Shown here piece by piece: positions 1 through 7,747 of a stretch of DNA of 51,549 nucleotides (position 1 is the first letter of the stretch; the number at the start of each line of letters is the position of its first letter). Position numbers and translations under genes: made by a program. Origin of the DNA: Gemmatimonadales bacterium (GTDB lineage Bacteria; Gemmatimonadota; Gemmatimonadetes; Gemmatimonadales; GWC2-71-9). The notes beneath the pieces were generated by a model. The model ran no database searches, was not told the DNA's origin, and saw nothing but the letters and a program-made list of their open reading frames with translations. The stretch is taken from assembly GCA_041615815.1 (NCBI GenBank), contig JBFJCP010000032.1:1-51549 (forward strand), in the 5' to 3' direction.

Positions 1-27
1 CCCCCCCCCCCCCCCCCCCCTCCCCGC

Positions 28-678
28 TCACCCAAGCCGAACCACCCCGGTCAAGAAGGGGTTCGTGGCCCGCTCGTGTCCGATGGTTGTCTCGGGACCA
101 TGGCCGGCGTAGACCACGGTGGCGTCCGGGAGGGTGAGCAACTGCTCCCGAATGGCCGCGAGGAGCGTCTCGGTATCCCCTCCCGGCAGATCGGTTCGCC
201 CAATGGAGCCGGCAAACAGGGCATCCCCAACGATGGCGATCCCATGCCCAACGAACGCCACGCCACCGGGACTGTGCCCCGGGACGTGGCGAACGTCGAA
301 CCGGAGGCGGCCCAGCGTGAGGACCTCGCCATGGCGGAGGTCGTGCTCGGGAGGTGGAGGCGCGCCGAGATTCCGGAAGCCCAACCACTGTCCTTGGTTG
401 GCGATACCGTGATAGAGCGGGTGGTCCGCCGGGTGGAGCGCGACGGGCACGCCGGTCGCCTGCACCACTGCCTCCACGCCGAGGATGTGATCCAAGTGGG
501 CGTGCGTCAGCCAGACGGCTTGGAGCGCAAACCCCTCGGTTTGCAGCCGCCGGAGAAAGAGGTCGACCTCCTCCCCCGGATCGATCAGCACGGCCTCCCC
601 CGTTTCCGGATCCGCGAGGATGTAGCAGTTCTCCTGAAACGTGCCGTTGGTGAGGCAGATGATCTTAGGTCGAGGCAA
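28..678 (-). CDS. MBL-fold metallo-hydrolase (glyoxalase II/YcbL-like)
   Basis: THAHLDH (HxHxDH), GHSPG, GD and GHG metal-ligand motifs. Start re-picked at TTG 678 (LPRPKIIC) after GAGGAAG, overlapping the trxB stop. Confidence 0.88.
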   Translation of the reverse strand: MPRPKIICLTNGTFQENCYILADPETGEAVLIDPGEEVDLFLRRLQTEGFALQAVWLTHAHLDHILGVEAVVQATGVPVALHPADHPLYHGIANQGQWLGFRNLGAPPPPEHDLRHGEVLTLGRLRFDVRHVPGHSPGGVAFVGHGIAIVGDALFAGSIGRTDLPGGDTETLLAAIREQLLTLPDATVVYAGHGPETTIGHERATNPFLTGVVRLG

Positions 679-1645
679 GCGCTTCCTCTTCCTGCGACGA
701 TCGTTCCGCGAGGTATTTCTGTACCGCGATGGCCGCCGTGGTGGCGTCACCGACGGCGGTCGTGATCTGCCGCGTGAGCTGCACGCGCAGGTCGCCGGCT
801 GCGAACAACCCCGGAATCGAGGTCATCATGTTCGAGTCCGTGACGATATAGCCCGTGGCGTCATGGTCGAAATGTCCCTTGATGATCCCGGAGTTGGGTA
901 GGAATCCGACGAAGATGAACACGCCTCCCACGGCGAGCGTCGATGTCTCACCGTTGACGGTGTCGTTCAGGCGCAACTGCGTGACCCCTTTGGGTGTCCC
1001 CTCGATTTCTTCCACGACCTTGTTCCAGATCACCTCGATCTTGGGATTCTTGAAGACCCGCTCTTGGAGAATGGGAGAGGCGCGAAGCTCGTCCCGCCGG
1101 TGAATGATGTACACCTTCTCTGCGTATCGCGTGAGGTAATCTGCTTCCTCGGTCGCGGCATCACCGCCCCCGATGACCGCAAGCACCTCGCCCTTGAAGA
1201 AGGCGCCGTCACACACCGCGCAGTACGAGACACCGCGACCGGCGTACTCCTTTTCTCCCGGGACGTTCAGTTTGCGGGGCGTTCCTCCTGCGGTGACGAT
1301 CACCGCCGGCGCCCGGTAGGTCTTGCCCAGCTCGGTCTTTGCATCGAACTCACCGTCCTCACGCTTCTCCACGGTGAGCACCGTGTCGGTGATGATGGTG
1401 GCGCCGAACTTCTGGGCGTGACTCGTCATTTTCTCTGCGAGCTCTCGACCGAGAATGCTCTCGAACCCGATGTAATCCTCGATTAGTTCGGTGTTCAGGA
1501 GCTCGCCTCCGGGAGCTCCACGCTCGATGAGCAGCGTATCCAACATGCCACGTCCTGCATACATGGCGGCGCACAGGCCGGCGGGACCAGCCCCGATCAC
1601 AATGACGTCGTAGCGGGTTTTCTCGCCTGTCGTGTTCTTGATCAC
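665..1645 (-). CDS. trxB: Thioredoxin-disulfide reductase
   Basis: GAGPAG FAD motif, GVSYCAVCDG redox CxxC, GGGDAA NADPH motif, TSIPGLFAAGD. Confidence 0.95.
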   Translation of the reverse strand: MIKNTTGEKTRYDVIVIGAGPAGLCAAMYAGRGMLDTLLIERGAPGGELLNTELIEDYIGFESILGRELAEKMTSHAQKFGATIITDTVLTVEKREDGEFDAKTELGKTYRAPAVIVTAGGTPRKLNVPGEKEYAGRGVSYCAVCDGAFFKGEVLAVIGGGDAATEEADYLTRYAEKVYIIHRRDELRASPILQERVFKNPKIEVIWNKVVEEIEGTPKGVTQLRLNDTVNGETSTLAVGGVFIFVGFLPNSGIIKGHFDHDATGYIVTDSNMMTSIPGLFAAGDLRVQLTRQITTAVGDATTAAIAVQKYLAERSSQEEEALAST

Positions 1646-2031
1646 CGATACCTCAACCGTAGTGTGGGTGGTGGGGCCGATCCGCGCAGGGCCCGCTGCA
1701 AGCCGCGAGCGAAGTCCTCGGTCTCGAACTCCACGGCCGGATGTTGGGGCTTAAGGAGCTTCTCCAGCCCCGCCTTTCCAATCACCTCGACCCCATGACG
1801 GTTCCCGCGCTCGCGGTGCAGCAGCGCTGCGGCCGCCTGAATCAACCCTTGAATCACCGCGGCTTCGTGGTCGTCGGGAATCGAGCGCCAGATGCGCTCG
1901 AGTTCCTCGTGGGCCTCCCAGTACGCGCCGGCGTTGAAGCGCTCGACGGCGCGACGCGCGAGGGCGGGCCGATCCACGGGCTCCGAGACCAAGCGACGTT
2001 CCGGTCTCTTGGGGGGTTTTCGCATACCCAT
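1642..2031 (-). CDS. DUF309 domain protein
   Basis: FNAGAYWEAHEELERIW...IQGLIQAAAALLH signature. Start re-picked at ATG 2031 (or 2025). Stop overlaps the trxB GTG. Confidence 0.8.
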   Translation of the reverse strand: MGMRKPPKRPERRLVSEPVDRPALARRAVERFNAGAYWEAHEELERIWRSIPDDHEAAVIQGLIQAAAALLHRERGNRHGVEVIGKAGLEKLLKPQHPAVEFETEDFARGLQRALRGSAPPPTLRLRYR

Positions 2032-2071
2032 GGGAAAGATAGCAAGGCCAACCACGGGGCGGCCGGGCGCG

Positions 2072-2923
2072 TCAGGAGTCCGATGCGGCCGGTGTTCGAG
2101 CGGCGGCCGCTGTTTCGAGTGCGTGCAACCACGCCGTCGGAATCTCGAGTGACCCCAGTGGAGCGCGATCCGGGGCGGTTCCATCGCTCCCGTGCCAGTC
2201 GGAGCCGCCAGTCTTGAGCAACCCCAACGCCCCGGCCAGCCTGTCGATCCGCCGCACGGTCGCGTCATCGTGGGCGGGATGGCGTACCTCGACGCCGTCC
2301 ACCCCGGCGTCCTTCAGGTCCGCGAGCACGGATCGCACCGCACGCTCTCGGAGATGGGCTGCCGCGGTGAGTCCACCCACGCTCCGCACCAACGCGGCCA
2401 CCGTGGCAACGGGTGGCAGGTCTTTCGGGACGAAGGCTGGGCGCCCTTGACCCAAGTATTTCCAGAACGCCGTCTGGATGTCCCGCACCACACCCCGGTG
2501 CATCAAGGCGCGCGCCACATGGGGCCGCCCAATGGCACCGTTGCGGGCCGCGGACAGGACGTCGTCCATGGTAATCCCCACGCCCGCACGGTTCAGCCGT
2601 TGCACGATCTCGACGGCGCGCGCATGGCGTTTCGCGCGTTGGTCCTCCAGGAACGGATCGAGCAGCGGGGAGGCACGCGGGAGGAAGTAACCGAGGAGGT
2701 GCATCTCGCCCCACCCGACGGCCACACTGAACTCACACCCAATCACGACCCGAACCCCTGCAGCCGCTCCGGCGGCCGTGGCTTCCGGAATACCGCCGAG
2801 GGTGTCGTGGTCGGTCAGTGCGATGGTCTCGAGCCCGAGCGCGGCAGCCTCGCGCACGACGTCCCCCGGCGGGTGCGCGCCGTCGGACGCGGTCGAATGC
2901 ATGTGGAGATCGACGCCGGGCAC
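2072..2923 (-). CDS. PHP-domain phosphoesterase (YciV/TrpH-like)
   Basis: DLHMHSTASDG, LTDHD, GRPH, GGSDWHG motifs. Confidence 0.9.
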   Translation of the reverse strand: MPGVDLHMHSTASDGAHPPGDVVREAAALGLETIALTDHDTLGGIPEATAAGAAAGVRVVIGCEFSVAVGWGEMHLLGYFLPRASPLLDPFLEDQRAKRHARAVEIVQRLNRAGVGITMDDVLSAARNGAIGRPHVARALMHRGVVRDIQTAFWKYLGQGRPAFVPKDLPPVATVAALVRSVGGLTAAAHLRERAVRSVLADLKDAGVDGVEVRHPAHDDATVRRIDRLAGALGLLKTGGSDWHGSDGTAPDRAPLGSLEIPTAWLHALETAAAARTPAASDS

Positions 2924-2925
2924 CG

Positions 2926-3198
2926 TCAGCCCGCGCGACCGTAGCGGATTTCTGGACTCGTCCGGGCTGGTTGGGATTGGTGGTAGTATTCCAGGAGCTG
3001 GTGGGTGGACAGCTCAGCGAGCGCGGCGTCCCACCGCCGTGCTCCCAGAGGGGAAAAGCGGGTGACCCGGCGGACGCGATCGGGCCCCGTGCCTTTCTCG
3101 AACACCAGCCCGAACTCGTCCCGGTCGTAGTTGGTCACTCGACCGGACGGGTACACATGCCAGGTTTCCCCTTCGACCTCGATGGTCCTTCGGGCCAT
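2926..3198 (-). CDS. Hypothetical protein (90 aa)
   Basis: ATG start packed 2-3 nt from both neighbours; globular-looking sequence; no recognised motif. Confidence 0.75.
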   Translation of the reverse strand: MARRTIEVEGETWHVYPSGRVTNYDRDEFGLVFEKGTGPDRVRRVTRFSPLGARRWDAALAELSTHQLLEYYHQSQPARTSPEIRYGRAG

Positions 3199-3201
3199 CC
3201 C

Positions 3202-4572
3202 CTACACCGCCCCTTCCGCGAAGCCTTCCAGCTCGGCTTTGACGTCCGCCATGAAGCGATCCGCATCGGCACCGTCCACGATCCGATGGTCGTAGGACAG
3301 CGAGAGCATGCCCAAGGTCCGAATCGCGATCACGTCCTGGCCGTCGTCGAGCGTGAGCACCTTGGGTCGTTTCTCGATGGAGCCGACGCCCAGAATGGCG
3401 ACCTGTGGCTGATTGATGATCGGAGCGCCGATGTAGGACCCAAAGCCCCCGGGATTGGTGATGGTGAAGGTGCCCTGTTGGACTTCGTCGGGGCTCAGGC
3501 GCTTCGTGCGTGCCCGGTCCGCCAGATCGGCCATCTTCTTGGAAATCCCGAGGAGCGACAGCTCGTCGGCCTGCTTGAGCACGGGGACGATGAGGCCCCA
3601 CTCCAGCGCCACGGCGATGCCAATGTTGATCGGCTGGCGGTAGATGATGGTGTCGCCGCTCACCGACGCGTTCAGCACGGGGTGCTTTCGCAGTTGATCC
3701 GCGATGGCCTTCACAATGAACGTCAAGAAGGTGAGCTTCGCGCCCCGCTGTTCATAGTCGTTCTTCTTTGCCTTTCGGATGCGCGCGATCTGGGTGAAGT
3801 CCACCTCATAGAAGCTCGTCACATGCGCAGAGATCCTGCGTGACAGCACCATGTGATCCGCGGTGAGCTTGCGGATCCGGCTCATGGACTCGACCCGATC
3901 GCCAGGCCAGGCCTGGACCTCGGGGTGCGCCACACCTTCGGGCGGCACCTTGGCGGCTCGCGCGGGAGCGGCCGGTGCGGCGGTCGGTGGCCCGCTCTCC
4001 AAATACGCCATGATGTCCTTCTTGGTCACCCGGCCGGCGTACCCCGTTCCTTCGATTCGCGAGATATCGACCTCATGCTCCGCCGCAATCTTGCGCACGA
4101 GTGGCGTCGACAGGCGGCGGAGGCGCTCTTCGGCGGTTTCCTGCCGCCCGTCCCCCACGCCGTCAGCGGTAGAGACGGGAGGCGCGGGCGAAGTGGCAGC
4201 GGCGGGAGGTGCGGCCCGCGCGGCAGCCCGTTCCTCATGGGCGGGGACCACCTCGGCAGCCGCGGGCGCCCCTGCCGTTTGCGCTTGCGGTTCGGCGTCC
4301 GCCGCCGCCCCTGCCCCTGCTGCCGCCCCCTTCTCGGTCTCGATGACGGCGACCACGGTCTGAACCTCGACGGTCTTGCCTTCTTCGACCTTGATCTCTG
4401 CCAGCACTCCCGCTGCCGGCGAGGGAATTTCGGCGTCCACTTTGTCCGTCGAGATCTCGAGGATCGGCTCGTCTCGCTTCACCTCGTCCCCGACCTTTTT
4501 GAGCCATCGGGACACGGTGCCTTCGGCGATGGACTCACCCATCTGCGGCATGATGACATCGACTCGAGCCAT
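3202..4572 (-). CDS. 2-oxoacid dehydrogenase E2, dihydrolipoamide acyltransferase
   Basis: Single lipoyl domain (EISTDKVDAEIPSP), Ala/Pro linker, E3-binding domain (TPLVRKIAAEH...GTGYAGRVTKKD), catalytic YDHRIVDG. Confidence 0.95.
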   Translation of the reverse strand: MARVDVIMPQMGESIAEGTVSRWLKKVGDEVKRDEPILEISTDKVDAEIPSPAAGVLAEIKVEEGKTVEVQTVVAVIETEKGAAAGAGAAADAEPQAQTAGAPAAAEVVPAHEERAAARAAPPAAATSPAPPVSTADGVGDGRQETAEERLRRLSTPLVRKIAAEHEVDISRIEGTGYAGRVTKKDIMAYLESGPPTAAPAAPARAAKVPPEGVAHPEVQAWPGDRVESMSRIRKLTADHMVLSRRISAHVTSFYEVDFTQIARIRKAKKNDYEQRGAKLTFLTFIVKAIADQLRKHPVLNASVSGDTIIYRQPINIGIAVALEWGLIVPVLKQADELSLLGISKKMADLADRARTKRLSPDEVQQGTFTITNPGGFGSYIGAPIINQPQVAILGVGSIEKRPKVLTLDDGQDVIAIRTLGMLSLSYDHRIVDGADADRFMADVKAELEGFAEGAV

Positions 4573-4674
4573 GCGGCTTCTCCTACCGGACCCGGTCTGC
4601 CAGGCCGGGCGTTTGAGCTATGCGTGCGTAGTTTCGGGTATGTGCCCTGGGTCGGCGGGAGCCATCGTCGCGCC

Positions 4675-5157
4675 ATGGCGCGATCAACGCACCGGGGCGG
4701 CGCCCTGCGCTGGTGTCACGTCGTCTGGCCCACATTCCGCCGCCGCGAACTGTTCAAGATACCTGCGGCCGCCCGATTCTGCGAGCGCGCCGTGCGAGAC
4801 TGTTGTTCCCGGTGCGGTTGGACGGTCGATACCATCGCCATCACGAACTGTCAGATCCACCTGCTCATGCGGGCCCCCGCGGCGGTGCAGCGCAGTGAGA
4901 TCATTCGTGTGCTGCAGCGCCAGACGGCCACGGCGTTGCGGCATCGGGGTCTCGCGCCACGATGGGAGCGGCGGTTGTGGGATGAATGGGCGTGGTGCGG
5001 CGTCCTCTCCAGCGCGACGTCGGTTCTCGCGGTGCGGCGTTGGCTCGTGGGCCGCCGCGCGGCCCGCTTTGGGCTGTGGGGGTGGCAGTCAGATCTCGCC
5101 TCCTGGCCGGTTGCCCACGACACCGCGCGTGGCGCATGGCGGACGTCGGAACCGTAA
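4675..5157 (+). CDS. IS200/IS605 TnpA (Y1 HUH)-like protein, predicted catalytically dead
   Basis: ATG 4675 after GGGAG. CHVVWPTFRRRELF resembles YHIVWxTKYRRxxL; NCQIHLL sits at the PDHVHLL position; RLW; SVLAVRRWL sits at the xxxVxxYI position. 160 aa with no Tyr. Confidence 0.7.
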   Translation: MARSTHRGGALRWCHVVWPTFRRRELFKIPAAARFCERAVRDCCSRCGWTVDTIAITNCQIHLLMRAPAAVQRSEIIRVLQRQTATALRHRGLAPRWERRLWDEWAWCGVLSSATSVLAVRRWLVGRRAARFGLWGWQSDLASWPVAHDTARGAWRTSEP

Positions 5158-5173
5158 AGGGCCCTGCTTCACG

Positions 5174-6154
5174 TCAATACGCCAGCAGCCAGCGCGCCGC
5201 CTTGACGACGTCTTCCGTCTGCGGGAGCACGAAATCCTCGAGCGGCGGTGAGTACGGGAGCGGCGTGTCGTGAGCCGTTACTCGGAGCACGGGCCCATCC
5301 AACCACTCGAACGCTTTCTCGTTGATGCGGGCGGTGATCTCGCCGGCCACCCCTCCCGTTCGCGTGTCTTCGTGCACGATGAGCGCCTTGTTCGTCTTCT
5401 TGACGGACTGCAGTATGGCCTCCTCGTCCATGGGCAACAGCGAGCGGAGATCGAGCACTTCGATGGAGGCCCCGTCGTCCCGCTCGACCTGTTCCGCCGC
5501 GTCGAGACACTTCCACACCATCGCCGACCACGTCACGATCGTGAGGTCTCGTCCCTCACGCGCCCTCCGAGCCTTCCCAATCGGAGTGAGGATGTCTTCC
5601 CCCTCCGGCAAGTCCTCTTTGATACGGCGATAGAGAAACTTGTGCTCGAAATAGATGACGGGGTCCTCGTCGCGAATCGCGGCTTTGATCAGGCCCTTGG
5701 CATCGCGTGCCGTTGCCGGACACACCAGTTTGAGACCGGGCGTGTGCAGGAAGGCCGCCTCCGGCATCTGCGAGTGAAAGGGGCCACCGCGTACGTACCC
5801 ACCCGACGGACCGCGCACGACGATGGGCGTGGCCAACCCGGCGCGGTACCGCGCAGTCGCAACGTAATTGGTGAGGATGTCGTAGGCGCACGAGATGAAA
5901 TCGATGAACTGCATCTCGGCCACCGGCCGGAATCCCATGTGCGCGGCCCCTGCGGCGGCGCCCACGATCGCCGCTTCACTGATGGGTGTATCGATGACGC
6001 GAGCGTCTCCGAAACGGGCTTGGAACCCCTCGGTCACCTTGAACGCGCCACCGTAGCGGCCAATATCCTCCCCGAGGATGAACACCCGCTCGTCACGCTC
6101 CATCTCCTCCGCCAAGCCCTGCCGGAGCGCTTCTAAATACGTGACTTCAGCCAT
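5174..6154 (-). CDS. 2-oxoacid dehydrogenase E1 beta subunit
   Basis: LGEDIGRYGGAFKVT, DTPISE, AEMQFIDF, GGPFHSQ, FEHKFLY. Confidence 0.95.
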   Translation of the reverse strand: MAEVTYLEALRQGLAEEMERDERVFILGEDIGRYGGAFKVTEGFQARFGDARVIDTPISEAAIVGAAAGAAHMGFRPVAEMQFIDFISCAYDILTNYVATARYRAGLATPIVVRGPSGGYVRGGPFHSQMPEAAFLHTPGLKLVCPATARDAKGLIKAAIRDEDPVIYFEHKFLYRRIKEDLPEGEDILTPIGKARRAREGRDLTIVTWSAMVWKCLDAAEQVERDDGASIEVLDLRSLLPMDEEAILQSVKKTNKALIVHEDTRTGGVAGEITARINEKAFEWLDGPVLRVTAHDTPLPYSPPLEDFVLPQTEDVVKAARWLLAY

Positions 6155-7184
6155 CGATCATGCGGAACCAAAGACGTTCGGTTGCCAGATTGGCGTAGAC
6201 GTTGGGGAGCGCGCTGGGCCCGTCCGGCAGAGGGTCGTGCTCGCAGCTTTCGACCGCGGCGGCCAACTCGATACCGACCCGCGCGTCGAGGGTCTCGAGC
6301 TCCGCCTTGCTGACCCACCGCTCCTCGATCACCCGCGTCACGTAGCGCTCCACCGGGTCATTTCTTTCCCACTCGGCAATCTCTTCGGGGGGCTGATACC
6401 GCTGGTCATCGTGCTCGGCATGGCCTTTCCTTCTATACGTCACCACCTCGAGGAGGCTCACACCATCGCCGGACCGCGCCCGGTCCACCAGGTCCCGGGT
6501 GATCGCATACACGGCCAGGACGTCGTTGCCGTCAACCGTATGACCGGGAATGCCGTACGCCAACGCCTTATGGGAGAGACGCTTCACTGCCGTTTGCCGC
6601 GCGGTGGGTGTCGAGTATGCATAACCATTGTGCTCCACGACCACGACCAGGGGCAGCCGCTGCACGGCGGCGAAATTGATCCCCTCGTGAAACGCACCCG
6701 TGCTGGTGGCTCCGTCCCCAACGTAGACCAACCCCACGCGCGGCTCCCCTCGCAACTTGAAGCTGAGCGTGATCCCCGCCATCACGGGAACCATGTCGCC
6801 GAGGTGTGAGATCTGACCGAGGTAACCCAAGTCGAGATCGTTGAAGTGCACGTTCATTTCTCGGCCCGTCGTGGGGCTCGTCGCCTTCGCCATGTATTGC
6901 CGGAGGATCTCCGTGGGCTGAGCGCCTTGCACCAGCATCGCGCCCAGATTGCGGATGAGTGGAGACATGATGTCGCCGGGATCGAGCGCGAAGGCGCTCC
7001 CGACGCTCTCGCCCTCTTGGCCCAGCGATCGGTACAGGCCACCGATCACCTTTCCCTGACGGTAGAGATTGACGAGCCGCTCTTCTAGCGACCTGGTGAG
7101 TCGGAGGTAGTAGTAGATCTCGAGCAGCTGTTCCCGGGTGAGGCCGGATGGGATGGTCGCAGGAGTCGCGGTGCTATCCGTCAC
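6147..7184 (-). CDS. 2-oxoacid dehydrogenase E1 alpha subunit (TPP-dependent)
   Basis: GDGATSTGAFHEG...HNGYAYST TPP motif, VDGNDV, TYRRKGHAEHDD. Confidence 0.93.
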   Translation of the reverse strand: MTDSTATPATIPSGLTREQLLEIYYYLRLTRSLEERLVNLYRQGKVIGGLYRSLGQEGESVGSAFALDPGDIMSPLIRNLGAMLVQGAQPTEILRQYMAKATSPTTGREMNVHFNDLDLGYLGQISHLGDMVPVMAGITLSFKLRGEPRVGLVYVGDGATSTGAFHEGINFAAVQRLPLVVVVEHNGYAYSTPTARQTAVKRLSHKALAYGIPGHTVDGNDVLAVYAITRDLVDRARSGDGVSLLEVVTYRRKGHAEHDDQRYQPPEEIAEWERNDPVERYVTRVIEERWVSKAELETLDARVGIELAAAVESCEHDPLPDGPSALPNVYANLATERLWFRMIDG

Positions 7185-7396
7185 GTTACACCCTCGACCT
7201 CGTATCCGGCGTTCACGACGGCATCGATGAGCCGGTCAACCGCCACTTTCTTGGGGTCACACTGCACTTCGGCCCGTCCCGCCGCGAGATCCACGCTCGC
7301 ACCCCAGACGCCGGGCACCTCCTGCAAGGCCACCTCCACCGTCTTGCGACAGTGATCGCATGTCATACCGCGCACGGACAATTCGACCGATGCCAT
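7181..7396 (-). CDS. copZ: Copper chaperone (HMA domain)
   Basis: GMTCDHC motif, 71 aa, C-terminal AGY; near copA. Confidence 0.9.
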   Translation of the reverse strand: MASVELSVRGMTCDHCRKTVEVALQEVPGVWGASVDLAAGRAEVQCDPKKVAVDRLIDAVVNAGYEVEGVT

Positions 7397-7452
7397 AAGC
7401 GTCTCTCGTTGTGCTCCCCTGCCCCCGCCGAGCGGAGGTGCCGAGCGTTTCG

Positions 7453-7743
7453 TTAGTACGCCCCTCGGGCCACGTGATCCGTGTCCGCCTTCGTGTGCAC
7501 AAGAGTTAGAAAGCGCTTGGCGAGCTTATCCAGCTCACTCTCCCCAACCTGATCGGTGGCAATCGTGATCAGCGTGTAATGGCCACCCTCCGCGCGCACT
7601 GCGACGGTGACCCGGCCGATGGCTCCAGCAAATCTCCGTTCCCGATCCTCGACGGACTGGCGCTCCAGACGCTCGCCGAAATACCGGTCGGCCTCTTCCA
7701 GGACCTTGTCGATGGAAACGGAGGTGCGGTGAAAGTATCGCAT
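7453..7743 (-). CDS. Hypothetical protein (96 aa) between copA and copZ
   Basis: ATG 7743 lies 4 nt after the copA stop; MRYFHRTSVS...ARGAY; no recognised domain. Confidence 0.72.
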   Translation of the reverse strand: MRYFHRTSVSIDKVLEEADRYFGERLERQSVEDRERRFAGAIGRVTVAVRAEGGHYTLITIATDQVGESELDKLAKRFLTLVHTKADTDHVARGAY

Positions 7744-7747
7744 ACAA

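Noticed and set aside
1..25. Poly-C run at the window start
   Set aside because: A homopolymer at the sequence edge is most likely a contig-end or sequencing artefact (poly-G on the other strand); no biological claim is supportable.
3853..4674. N-terminal 274 codons of the 434-aa ORF that ends in the TnpA-like domain
   Set aside because: Antisense to E2 and low complexity; the real gene most likely starts at ATG 4675 with its own RBS.
4591..5173. Active IS200/IS605 element or RAYT/REP system
   Set aside because: No catalytic Tyr or intact HUH, no tnpB, no paired end hairpins and no REP arrays seen.
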